From Verrucomicrobiia bacterium (GTDB lineage: Bacteria; Verrucomicrobiota; Verrucomicrobiia; Limisphaerales; UBA1319), in the NCBI GenBank assembly GCA_963664225.1, contig OY760937.1, positions 4,032,001 through 4,096,000 of the forward strand: a stretch of DNA of 64,000 nucleotides, written 5' to 3'. The number at the start of each line of letters is the position of its first letter. The first letter of the stretch is position 1. The position numbers were made by a program, and so were the translations under genes. Shown here in pieces: positions 29,748 through 39,405 of the stretch. Below the pieces are notes generated by a model that saw only the letters and a program-made list of their open reading frames with translations, was not told where the DNA came from and did no database searches.

Positions 29748-32700
29748 CTAAAACTGCGAGACGACTTCCCATTTGGCGGCATTCGCGGGCAGTTCAATGG
29801 TCTGCCTCAATGAATTAACCACCGCGGGCTTGCCGTTGACCGTTGCCGAACGGATCGGGCGGCCTTCGGGATGCCGCAGGCGCAGCAGGATGGTTTTGGG
29901 AAACGCGGTCTTGCTGATCGCCACCTGCGCGGTGATTTTTCCGCTGGCAACCTGGGAAACGATTTCCAGGTCCAATGGGCCGTAGTGCGTGGCGGCGCGG
30001 GTGATTTTTACGCGCTGGCCGTTCGCCATCCAGGCCCGGGGAACCCCCAGACCCAATTCGAGGGATTCGCCGCGCTCCATCACCAGCATCTGGCGCATCC
30101 ACTGGATGAACTTGGATTCATCGGGTGTTTTGTAGAGCGGGCCTTCGCCCTGGCCCATCGCGGACATCCATTCGGCAAAGCATTCGATGTCGGGGTAGAG
30201 GCTGGCCCATGCGGTGTTGTAAAATGCCCTCAGGAAATTCGGCGTCTGATCGCGCTCCAGGTAGAGAACGCTCAAATCCAGCAGGTTCGGCTGGAGGGTG
30301 AATCCGCCCAGATTGAAGAAATCCTGGTGGGCATTGGTCAGGCCATAGCCCGACTCCGCGCTCATGAACAGATTATCCTCGAGATCCTGGATCATCCAGT
30401 TGGCGTAGGGATGGTTGGCCGGGTAAACACCGGCGGTTATCAGGTGGAGCGAGGGATACAGGGCCTCCCGAATCCATCCCTCGGTCTTGTGTGTCAGCGC
30501 ATAGGCGCGGGATGGAACATACGGAACATAGTTGCCGTCACGCAATCGGACTACGGGAGTCGAGGCAACGGATTGCGCCACGCTATCCTGAAGATCGCGC
30601 AGGAAATCACTCGCCGCCGCCCGGACTTTTCCAGCTTGATCCTGCCGGCCGAGGGACAGGGCGTCCGCGGCTTCTTTCATGCCCATGTAGTAATAGGCCG
30701 ATGTGGTGTAGTAATAGAGAAACTCATCCACGTCCTCAAGATCGCCGGCGGGCGGCAGACCATATTCCACGGGTTGGCGGCCCGAAGTGGTTTTGTACTT
30801 GGTGGTCTGGCGTTCGCGCGCCACCCAATCGGATGCCTTCACGAGTTTCGCGGCGTTCTGCTCCAGATAGTTTTTGTCACGGGTCCACAGATAATGCTCG
30901 GCTGCGGCGAACATGCCGAAACCGTGATGCATGTTGTAGCCTTGCGCGGTGTAAGGGTCTGGATCCTGCGGGTGTGCCGCATAAAGAACGCCGTCCTTGC
31001 TCTTGAAATTACCCGTGAGATTCCGCACGCCTTGATTGGCCAGAAAGGTGTTCAGCAGCCGGAGCGCTTCCCGATGCTCGCCGCGCATTTCCAGCGAGCG
31101 GATCACCATGGCCGTTTCGTTGAGGTAATTCGGATAGACGTGTGTGGCGGCGCCATGCTGGGATTGTCCGGTGTCGGGATCCAGATCGGTGGAAATGAGC
31201 ACATGCCAGAGATTGGCTTTGAAAAACGAGTTCAGGTAACGATCTGGCACCTCGTAGGTCATGCTTGCGTCCGCGCGCTTCTTCCAATACCGCACCACGG
31301 TGTCATGCGTGTTGGTGAATGTGACGGTTTTCAGGGCGCGCGCCTCTTCGATGGTGAGCAGTTCAATGTAAGGAATCACCAAGTCGATGGCATGCGATTC
31401 TCCCGGGGGCAGCACGATCTGGTAACGAACCGCTTGCGGTGCCTCGGGCGGAAGCCCGGAGGCATCGACGGCGGGAGCGGTTTGCAGCGGCGCGTTGGTC
31501 AGTTCCAGTTCGCCTTTGCCGAAGGTGTTGAAGCGTCCCCGGACCGGCACCAGGCCGGGGTGTTCCAGTCCATCTGAAGCGGCGTTGAGCACCATGGCGC
31601 CATCCACGGCCAAATGAAGGGGCGTCGCGTGGTCAGGCATTAGCCAGAGCCGGGCGGTGCGCGGCGCGGAGGAGGTGTTCTTCATCTCAATGCGCGCCGC
31701 CAGCACCACAGGCTCCGTTCCCGTGGTGGATTTTAAATCGGCAATGTCCCCTTGCAGCGTCGAGACAACGCAGGTTTCCGTGTAGTTGATGCCGTCCTCC
31801 TGCCAGTCGTGGCGCACCACAGGCAGCCACCCTTCTTCAAGCTGGCGGCTGACTTGTCGTTGGGCGGGTCCGGATAAATCCGGCTTTTCCCCCGTGGCCA
31901 GACGGTACACCAGCGAGCCCCAGGTCCAGGGGCGCTGATCGGCATCCGGTCCAGGCGAACGCAGGCTGTCGGCAAATAATTCGATGTCGCCCAAGGGGGA
32001 GACGGCGATTTCCTGCCGCAAATCCGGCACGCCGAGAAAACAATGACGGGGGGCTTTTCGAGGGATCGCTTTGATTAAGGGCTCGAAACTCTGCTCCGGC
32101 ATCCGGGCGACCTGTTCCATGACCGTGCCCTCGGTCCACACTTTACCCGCAGGCCCCTTCCAGGTTGCGTGCGTGAGATTGAGGGAGGCGTCGCTGACGA
32201 ATACGCCGATGTCGCGGACAAACAGCCCCCCCTCGCGCAGCACATCGTCCACGAAGACGGAGAAGTCATGCAGGCTGCCCGTGCGGAAAAGAACATGGCC
32301 GCGGTCATTGCTCGTGCGTTCGGCCACATCGGCATATTCCACATCGACCAGCGTCGTGTTCTTCCCGCCGGAACTCGTCTTAAGAATGGTTCCATTGCGC
32401 GCTTCAAATTGCGGGTCCCATGAGCCGGAAACGGTTGATTTGATGTTCCACTCGAAGCGCAGTCGGGCTTGTTTGACTGCGGCATTTGAATTAACAGCCA
32501 GGCGCGTGAGGGTTGCGGGTTGGAGGCTCGAAATGCGCAATTTATAAGTTCGGCGGAAATCCGCGCCAGTCTTTTTGAGACCAGGCAACTCGTCGGTGTC
32601 CAGCGGATTCATTACGAAGGTGAATCCGAAAGTTCCCGGCGCCCCCACGGTCTTGGCGGTGACCCATTGGCCGTTGAACGGATCGTCGAGTTTCATCCAG

Positions 32701-33044
32701 CCTCCCGTGCCGTTATCCGGCCAGATGCGGTGCCACCATTCGATGACGATGTCCTCGGCTAGGATGGATTCGTTGGCGAAGCGCAATTGCACCACCCGCA
32801 CGTCCCGCGGTTGCGTCCACTCGACAAGTACCGCCTTGGATGGGGTGAGTTGAACTTGCTCGCCCGCGGTAGCCAGTTTTGGAAGCTCGGTTCGGCGGCC
32901 GGCCTGGCGTGAATCGGACACGCTCACGGTGCCATATTCCGCGATGTTCGCAGGCTTGAAGGCGCCGGATTGGGCGCTAACCGAGTGTGGCGCGAGTGCC
33001 ACAATTATTGCCAGCCAGAGAACGCCAAATTTACCGATACCCAT
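29748..33044 (-). CDS. Large secreted glycoside hydrolase-like protein, probable (alpha/alpha)6 barrel
   Basis: Signal peptide; beta-rich N-terminus; AEHYLWTRDKNYL, GLPPAGDLED, LELGLGVPRAW..G, ATHYGPL typical of six-hairpin glycosidases; family not assignable by eye. Confidence 0.7.
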   Translation of the reverse strand: MGIGKFGVLWLAIIVALAPHSVSAQSGAFKPANIAEYGTVSVSDSRQAGRRTELPKLATAGEQVQLTPSKAVLVEWTQPRDVRVVQLRFANESILAEDIVIEWWHRIWPDNGTGGWMKLDDPFNGQWVTAKTVGAPGTFGFTFVMNPLDTDELPGLKKTGADFRRTYKLRISSLQPATLTRLAVNSNAAVKQARLRFEWNIKSTVSGSWDPQFEARNGTILKTSSGGKNTTLVDVEYADVAERTSNDRGHVLFRTGSLHDFSVFVDDVLREGGLFVRDIGVFVSDASLNLTHATWKGPAGKVWTEGTVMEQVARMPEQSFEPLIKAIPRKAPRHCFLGVPDLRQEIAVSPLGDIELFADSLRSPGPDADQRPWTWGSLVYRLATGEKPDLSGPAQRQVSRQLEEGWLPVVRHDWQEDGINYTETCVVSTLQGDIADLKSTTGTEPVVLAARIEMKNTSSAPRTARLWLMPDHATPLHLAVDGAMVLNAASDGLEHPGLVPVRGRFNTFGKGELELTNAPLQTAPAVDASGLPPEAPQAVRYQIVLPPGESHAIDLVIPYIELLTIEEARALKTVTFTNTHDTVVRYWKKRADASMTYEVPDRYLNSFFKANLWHVLISTDLDPDTGQSQHGAATHVYPNYLNETAMVIRSLEMRGEHREALRLLNTFLANQGVRNLTGNFKSKDGVLYAAHPQDPDPYTAQGYNMHHGFGMFAAAEHYLWTRDKNYLEQNAAKLVKASDWVARERQTTKYKTTSGRQPVEYGLPPAGDLEDVDEFLYYYTTSAYYYMGMKEAADALSLGRQDQAGKVRAAASDFLRDLQDSVAQSVASTPVVRLRDGNYVPYVPSRAYALTHKTEGWIREALYPSLHLITAGVYPANHPYANWMIQDLEDNLFMSAESGYGLTNAHQDFFNLGGFTLQPNLLDLSVLYLERDQTPNFLRAFYNTAWASLYPDIECFAEWMSAMGQGEGPLYKTPDESKFIQWMRQMLVMERGESLELGLGVPRAWMANGQRVKITRAATHYGPLDLEIVSQVASGKITAQVAISKTAFPKTILLRLRHPEGRPIRSATVNGKPAVVNSLRQTIELPANAAKWEVVSQF

Positions 33045-33141
33045 ATATTTAACGAGGGTGATGCTTGCCGCCCATGGGGGCAAGCTCAAAGAGACCCTCT
33101 GGAGTTTGCACCCGGCAATAGACCTTAAACGTTGCCTGAAA

Positions 33142-34557
33142 TCAGACTTTCTTGAGTTTGGGGCCCTTGGTGGTGTCTTCGATTAACCACCCTTTGGCTT
33201 TGATTTCATCGCGCAACATATCCGCGCGCTTGAAATCCTTCGCCTTGCGGGCCGCTTGTCGATCCTCCAATAATTGCAGCATTTCAGCGGGGGCTTCCGT
33301 TTCAGCGGCCGTGCCGATTCCCAACACCGTGTCCGCCTGGTTCCAGGCCGCAAGCGCGTCCGCAGCCTGGACAGGCGTGAGCGTGTTTTCAGCCATCGCC
33401 CTGTTTTGCTCTCGCACCCATTCGAACACCACGCCCCACGCGGCCGACATGTTCAGGTCATCGTCGAGCGCATCCGAGAATCGGGCCAGCCATGGGGGCG
33501 TGGTTGCCGAGGGGGTGTTGCCCGCCAGAGCGCGGAGTTTGGCCAGGCATTCGTCAATGCGCCCCAGCGCCGTGCGCGAGCCTTGCAGGCCTTCCAGTGT
33601 GAAATTAAAGGATTCCCGGTAATGCGCCGTGAGCATCAGGTGACGGATTTCACGACCGGTGAAGCCCTTGGTCATCAGATCGCGCAGGGTGTAAAAGTTG
33701 CCCAGGGATTTGCTCATCTTTTTGCCTTCGACGAGCAGATGGGCGCCATGCACCCAGTATTTGACGAATCGATGACCGCATTCCTGCACCCCCGCGCCTT
33801 CGCTCTGGGCGATCTCGTCCTCGTGATGGGGAAAAGCGAGGTCCTCACCGCCCAGGTGCAGATCGAAACTTGTCCCCAGCAATTTCATGCTCATCGCGCT
33901 GCATTCGATGTGCCATCCGGGCCGGCCTTCACCCCAGGGGCTGGGCCAGAACACCGCGCCATCCTCGGGCACTCGCGCCTTCCATAACGCGAAATCCGCC
34001 ACGGATTCCTTCGCGTAATCATCGCTGCGCACGCGTTCTCCGGCTCGCATGTTCTCGAAATCCAGTTTCACCAACTGGCCATAACGGCCTCCTGTGGCCC
34101 GGTACTTTTCGATGCTGAAATAGACCGAACCGTCGCTGGCTTTGTAGGCGACACCCCGGTTCACCAGTTTCCCGATCAAGGCCACCATTTCGGGTATGAA
34201 CTGCGTGGCGTGCGGTATTTCGTGGGGCTTGCGGCAACTCAAGGCCTGGAGATCGGCGAAAAAGGCCTCCTCATATTGGGCCGTGTATTGCGTCAGGGAC
34301 GTTCCAGCCTCGCGCACCCGGGCGATGATTTTGTCCTCCACATCCGTCACGTTCATGACGTGCCGCACATTGTAGCCCTTGAATTCAAGATGGCGCCGGA
34401 CCAGGTCCGCAAAGACGAAAGTGCGGAAATTGCCAATGTGCGCCAGGTCATAAACGGTCGGCCCGCAGCAATACAGGCCCACATTTTTCCCGGCGGGATC
34501 CAGCGGCACAAATTGCTCCAGGGAGCGCGATAGTGTGTTAAATAGTTGTAAAGCCAT
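33142..34557 (-). CDS. cysS: Cysteine--tRNA ligase
   Basis: CGPTVY, HIGN, DFALWK, GRPGWHIECSAM, FPHHEDEIAQ, KMSKSLGN. Confidence 0.98.
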   Translation of the reverse strand: MALQLFNTLSRSLEQFVPLDPAGKNVGLYCCGPTVYDLAHIGNFRTFVFADLVRRHLEFKGYNVRHVMNVTDVEDKIIARVREAGTSLTQYTAQYEEAFFADLQALSCRKPHEIPHATQFIPEMVALIGKLVNRGVAYKASDGSVYFSIEKYRATGGRYGQLVKLDFENMRAGERVRSDDYAKESVADFALWKARVPEDGAVFWPSPWGEGRPGWHIECSAMSMKLLGTSFDLHLGGEDLAFPHHEDEIAQSEGAGVQECGHRFVKYWVHGAHLLVEGKKMSKSLGNFYTLRDLMTKGFTGREIRHLMLTAHYRESFNFTLEGLQGSRTALGRIDECLAKLRALAGNTPSATTPPWLARFSDALDDDLNMSAAWGVVFEWVREQNRAMAENTLTPVQAADALAAWNQADTVLGIGTAAETEAPAEMLQLLEDRQAARKAKDFKRADMLRDEIKAKGWLIEDTTKGPKLKKV

Positions 34558-34670
34558 ACGCCAAACTGCCTGCCAGACTAATCAGAGGCCGGTGAAAGTC
34601 AAACGCTGCGGAAGGATGGATCGCTGCGATCAGGGATTGCGGATTCAGCGCGCTCGATTAAAAGTGGGGC

Positions 34671-37148
34671 ATGATCATCAGGAGAACCGTGTGGCACCCA
34701 ATGTCACTTATTGTATTGGCGGGTTGGTTTCTGGCCGGCGTGGCGCTCTCGCATGCCGCACCCCAAATCACGCCATTGACAGAGGCCCATATCGGCCAGC
34801 GCACCGCCTTCCGGCTCGACCAGGTGCCTGATTCGTCCAATCCATTTGACCCGGATCTCATCCGCGTCGATGCCACATTCACCGCTCCATCGGGTCGCGC
34901 CTACAGGGTCCCCGCATTCTGGTTTCAGGACTATCAAAGGACGCTTCAAAATGGGGCGGAGAAGTTGAACGCATCGGGAACACCCTTCTGGCAAATCCGA
35001 TTCACACCCGCTGAGGTGGGCGAGCACACTCTGAGCGTTGTGGTGGCCACAAATGGCGTGTTTGCGGGTGAAGCGTCGATTTTTCACTTTACGGTCGCAT
35101 CCAATCTGGCCCCGGCCGTAACAGGCTTTGTGCGCGTGGCTGCAGACCATCAATATTTCGAGACGCGGGACGGACAGCCGCTCCCTCTCAATGGAGCCTG
35201 TGTTTGCTGGCATGGTCCGCGGGGGACGCGGGATTATGACGACTGGTTTGGCGCGATGAGCGGGGTGGGGGAGAATTACGCCCGCCTGTGGATGTGGCCC
35301 TATGCCTTTGGCATCGAGGCCGAGCCATATACGCTTCTGCATTACCGGTTGGATCGCGCATGGCAGTTGGACTATGTGTTCGACCTGGCGCAGCGGGATG
35401 GGATTTATCTGCTGCTTTGCCTGGATTACCACGGCATGTTCCAAACCCAGCCGGATATGTGGGGCGCCAATAATCTGTGGACGAACAATCCCTATTGCTC
35501 ACTTCAGGGCGGACCCTGCGCCACACCCAACGATTTCTTCACCAACGCGACCGCCCGCAAAATCTACGAGAAACGGCTACGCTACCTGATCGGACGCTAC
35601 GGGGCCTGCCCCAATTTGCTGGCCTGGGAATTTTTCAACGAAATCGACAATGTCTATTCTGTCCTCAAGCCGGCGGACGTGGCCGCATGGCACGCGGATC
35701 TGGGTGCCTGGCTTCACGCCCAGGACCCCTTTGGTCACATGGTCACCACGAGTTTGACCGGCAGCTCGGACCGCGCCGAAATCTGGAATCTGCCCCAGCT
35801 CGATTTCACGTCGTACCACAGCTACGGGGAGGCGAACCCGGCGGTCCGACTGGACACCGTGGCTCAGTCGTTTCTGACCCGATACAAAAAGCCCGTCATG
35901 ATCGGTGAATACGGGGTCAATGCCGCCGGATGGTCGCGGCCGCAGGATCCGTATTTGCGTGGATGGCGCCAGAGCCTTTGGGGCGGGGCCTTGAGTGGTT
36001 CGGTGGGCACGGGCATGTCCTGGTGGTGGGAGGAACTGCATGCCGCCAACACCTACACCTTTAATCGCTCGCTCAAAAATATTTTGAGTCCTGCGGCTTG
36101 GGGACGCGGAGCCTGGACCGCCATCCAATTTAAAACTTCTGGTTCGCCTCCCATCACGGTCACCACCCAGACGCCTGCAGCCGACGCGGCGCTCTTCGAC
36201 ATCACCCTGACTCCGGGTTCGGCCTGGGGCGGAAGCGCCTCCGGCCAGCTTGCCATTCCTAATCCCGATGCGGGAAGCTACGCCGCCACGACGTTCAACG
36301 CCTTCGTTCACGGCCAGGCGCACGCGGAGTTGCGCCGGCCGTTTATTGTGAGCGCCTGGTTCGGTTTGGGAGCCCGATTGGTCGCCCATGTCAATTCCGT
36401 TTCAACCGGCGCGATTCTTGCCGTGCGTGTGGACGGCGTCGAAAGTTACCGGATGAATCTGCCCAACCTCGATGGGGGCTACGCGGTCAACAATGAATAC
36501 AACAAGGATTTTGGAATTTCATTGCCCGGGGGAAGGCATTTGGTTGAATTGTATAATCCGGGCAGCGACTGGCTTTATGTGGATTGGGTGAGACTCGAGC
36601 GGGTGCAGCCATCCGCCTATGTCACTCCGTGGGAACCCTCGCCCACGGCCATCGGGCTTCGGCAAAACCAATCGGCGCTGATCTATGCGATCGCGCCAAA
36701 CGCGGCCTATCCCGCAGGCGCCACGAACGCCGTCCTGCCAGCTCAGAGCGGCAAATCCGTCACGCTCACCCAGTGGCCCGAAGGAGTCTTCGACGTTCAG
36801 TGGCTGGACCCCGCCACGGGAACAGCGCGGGGTCGCTCCAGTGCCACCGCACAAAACGGAATGCTCCAACTGGCACTGCCCGCATTCAGCGAGGACCTTG
36901 CGGGTCGGGTCTTGCGAAAACCGGAACTGGGTGTTTCTGAAAATGAAACCAATGGCATGCATCAACTCGTCATGAGCGCCGACCCCGGCGCGGTGTGCAT
37001 GGTGGAAACTTCCACGAATCTGGCCGCCTGGACGGATTGGAGACTCCTCACCAATTCAAGCAACACGGTGTCCGTGAAATTGCAGGCTGGCCCATTGCCG
37101 GCAATGCAGTTCTTCCGCGCGCATCGTGCGGATTCCCATGGCGAATAG
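34671..37148 (+). CDS. Secreted GH-A clan (GH5-like) glycoside hydrolase with N-terminal DUF5060-like domain and C-terminal beta domains
   Basis: NPFDPD..VDATFTAPSG..VPAFW, WQIRFTP; AWEFFNE (acid/base) and KPVMIGEYG (nucleophile); start may be 34701. Confidence 0.8.
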   Translation: MIIRRTVWHPMSLIVLAGWFLAGVALSHAAPQITPLTEAHIGQRTAFRLDQVPDSSNPFDPDLIRVDATFTAPSGRAYRVPAFWFQDYQRTLQNGAEKLNASGTPFWQIRFTPAEVGEHTLSVVVATNGVFAGEASIFHFTVASNLAPAVTGFVRVAADHQYFETRDGQPLPLNGACVCWHGPRGTRDYDDWFGAMSGVGENYARLWMWPYAFGIEAEPYTLLHYRLDRAWQLDYVFDLAQRDGIYLLLCLDYHGMFQTQPDMWGANNLWTNNPYCSLQGGPCATPNDFFTNATARKIYEKRLRYLIGRYGACPNLLAWEFFNEIDNVYSVLKPADVAAWHADLGAWLHAQDPFGHMVTTSLTGSSDRAEIWNLPQLDFTSYHSYGEANPAVRLDTVAQSFLTRYKKPVMIGEYGVNAAGWSRPQDPYLRGWRQSLWGGALSGSVGTGMSWWWEELHAANTYTFNRSLKNILSPAAWGRGAWTAIQFKTSGSPPITVTTQTPAADAALFDITLTPGSAWGGSASGQLAIPNPDAGSYAATTFNAFVHGQAHAELRRPFIVSAWFGLGARLVAHVNSVSTGAILAVRVDGVESYRMNLPNLDGGYAVNNEYNKDFGISLPGGRHLVELYNPGSDWLYVDWVRLERVQPSAYVTPWEPSPTAIGLRQNQSALIYAIAPNAAYPAGATNAVLPAQSGKSVTLTQWPEGVFDVQWLDPATGTARGRSSATAQNGMLQLALPAFSEDLAGRVLRKPELGVSENETNGMHQLVMSADPGAVCMVETSTNLAAWTDWRLLTNSSNTVSVKLQAGPLPAMQFFRAHRADSHGE

Positions 37149-37625
37149 AGTGGTATGTAAACGAAGAGCCGCAAAAGAATTTGAGAATAACGGTATCGTG
37201 TGTTAAAGTTAAAAAAGATGGAGCAAATTGGCCGCAACAAATTCGACGTTATCATCTTTTTGATAATGTGAATGGCCGGGCCATGGACTCATCAAGAACG
37301 AAGCGTTTCATGCGCATGCATTTAAATGGCATGCCTGTGAAAATGGTGATTGAGTAATGCGCTTTGGTGCGGTGGATTTTATTCAGTCAAAGGGGCTGCA
37401 TTCACAAGTGCGGCATTAGGCGGCTGAGGAATTCCGGAGTCTTGGTTTTCATTGGGAAAGGCTCTGTCTGATGGACAGTTTTGGCATGATCGACAAGGGT
37501 TTCCCTGCCGGTCTTAAGGTTGGTCGTAAATTGTTCAAAAAATTAGAGAAATTGGTCCGATTAAAAAATTATTGGGAACTAATTTTGTTCTAACAACTTA
37601 CAAACTACAAATCACTAGAGGTACT

Positions 37626-39239
37626 ATGATTCAACTGCACGTTAAACCGCTTGCCATGATATGCGTCATCGCGGCTTTGCTCTCCGCCGGGTGCTCAGTT
37701 TTCCGTGAACACCAGGTCACCGAAGTCACCAGTCCCACTCCTCCAAGCACGGATTTGACTTCCAAAGGTTATGATACGGTGGGTCGTCGTTGGGGTGAAG
37801 CCCCGGAAAAACCCGCCCCGGTGGTCACGCCTGTCGCCACTCCGGCTCCCGCAGCCGCGCCTGCCGTGGCCAAAACGGTCGATTACTCCGCCTTCGATAT
37901 CAAGGGCGGATTGGTCACCCTCACCAAGAGGGTTCCTGCCTCGGTTTCGCTCGGAGAGGAGTATGCCTACGATTTGACGGCTACAGCCAACGAGCAGGCC
38001 GGCTTTGTGGTTGTAACCGACCAGATTCCCGAAGGCGCGACTTACATCAAGAGCGAGCCTCCCGCCCAGGTGGATGGCAACCTGCTGACCTGGAAATTCC
38101 CCTCCATGGACAAGGGGGAGGTCAAGAACATCAAGGTGTGGCTCAAGGCGGACAAGGAAGGTGAGCTCCAAAGCTGCGCCACCATCACTGCGGTCCCCCG
38201 CCAATGCACCACCACGTTTGTGGGCAAGGCGGCGATCTCGATTGAAAAGACCGGTCCTGAAACGGCCAAACTGGGTTCCGACGTGACCTACACCATCGTG
38301 GTCAGCAACAAGGGAACTCTCGCGGCCAAGGATGTCGTGGTTACGGATCCGGTTCCCGAAGGGTTCAGCAATGCGGACAACTCGAAGGAGCTTAGCTTCA
38401 AGGTGGGCGATCTGGCCCCCAACCAGTCCAAGAGCATTCCCGTTACCTTCAAGGCGAACCAACGCGGCAAGATTTGCAACGTCGCCACCGTCACCACGTC
38501 CAACGCCGGCACAGCCAAAGCGGAAGCTTGCACCGTCATCATGCAGCCCGGGTTGAAGGTGAGCAAGGTTGCCCGAGAAAAACAACTCCTCATCAACCGC
38601 GTGGCGACATACGACATCGTGGTCGAGAACACGGGCGACACCAAGTTGACCGGCGTGGTTGTGTCCGACAGCGCGGCTCCTGAAACCAAGGTGGTCGAGG
38701 CGGTCGATGGCAAGGTCGATGGAAACGTGGCCACATGGAATGTCGGCGATATGGATGCGGGCTCCAAGAAGGCCCTCGTCGTCAAAATCATGTCCGCCTC
38801 GCCCGGCAACTTCTGCAACAACGTCACAGCTTCCTCCGCTGACGGTTTGAAGGAAACCAGCCAGGCCTGCTCCGAATGGATTGGCGTCTCCGGCGTCCTG
38901 ATTGAAATGGTCGATGATCCCGATCCAATTCAGGTCGGCGAAACCACGACTTACACGATTCGTGTCACCAACCAGGGCACAACGAGCAGCATCGAAGACG
39001 TGAACATCGTGGCCAGCTTCGCGGATGAAATCGATCCCACCACCGCTTCGGGTGGCGGCGTCATCAGTGGCAAGAAGGTGACCTTCCCCACAGTGGCCAG
39101 CATCGCTCCCAAGCAGGCTGTCTCCTACACCATCGTCGGCAAGAGCGTCAAGGCGGGGGATCATCGCATGCAAATCGATGTGACCACCAAGGATCGCACC
39201 AAGCCGATCAGCAAGTATGAGAGCACGACGGTTTATTAA
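37626..39239 (+). CDS. DUF11-repeat lipoprotein resembling the chlamydial cysteine-rich outer-membrane protein OmcB
   Basis: Lipobox LSAGC, Pro/Ala linker, four K.....YTI.V.N.G.....VVV.D..P repeats with paired Cys; last repeat W.G..GVLIEMVDDPDPIQVGETTTYTIRVTNQG. Confidence 0.85.
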   Translation: MIQLHVKPLAMICVIAALLSAGCSVFREHQVTEVTSPTPPSTDLTSKGYDTVGRRWGEAPEKPAPVVTPVATPAPAAAPAVAKTVDYSAFDIKGGLVTLTKRVPASVSLGEEYAYDLTATANEQAGFVVVTDQIPEGATYIKSEPPAQVDGNLLTWKFPSMDKGEVKNIKVWLKADKEGELQSCATITAVPRQCTTTFVGKAAISIEKTGPETAKLGSDVTYTIVVSNKGTLAAKDVVVTDPVPEGFSNADNSKELSFKVGDLAPNQSKSIPVTFKANQRGKICNVATVTTSNAGTAKAEACTVIMQPGLKVSKVAREKQLLINRVATYDIVVENTGDTKLTGVVVSDSAAPETKVVEAVDGKVDGNVATWNVGDMDAGSKKALVVKIMSASPGNFCNNVTASSADGLKETSQACSEWIGVSGVLIEMVDDPDPIQVGETTTYTIRVTNQGTTSSIEDVNIVASFADEIDPTTASGGGVISGKKVTFPTVASIAPKQAVSYTIVGKSVKAGDHRMQIDVTTKDRTKPISKYESTTVY

Positions 39240-39269
39240 GTCGTGATTCAAACATACCTCTAAAAGTTC

Positions 39270-39302
39270 GAGGGCTGGCAGTTTCAAATTGCCAGCCCTT
39301 TC
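39270..39302 (+). terminator. Rho-independent terminator
   Basis: AGGGCTGGCA-GTTTCAAAT-TGCCAGCCCT followed by TTT. Confidence 0.75.
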
Positions 39303-39405
39303 CTTGTACGCCGGGAACTCTTAACATTCCTGATTCGCCCGGCGATTCATTGGAACGTGGCTTGTCGTGACGGACTCTTTCTGATATCTTCGCCTGGTAC
39401 CGATC

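Noticed and set aside
36995..37357. ORFs in intergenic regions (36995-37357, 42897-43088, 47431-47868)
   Set aside because: No motifs, atypical composition and partial overlap with real genes or repeats; not supportable as genes.
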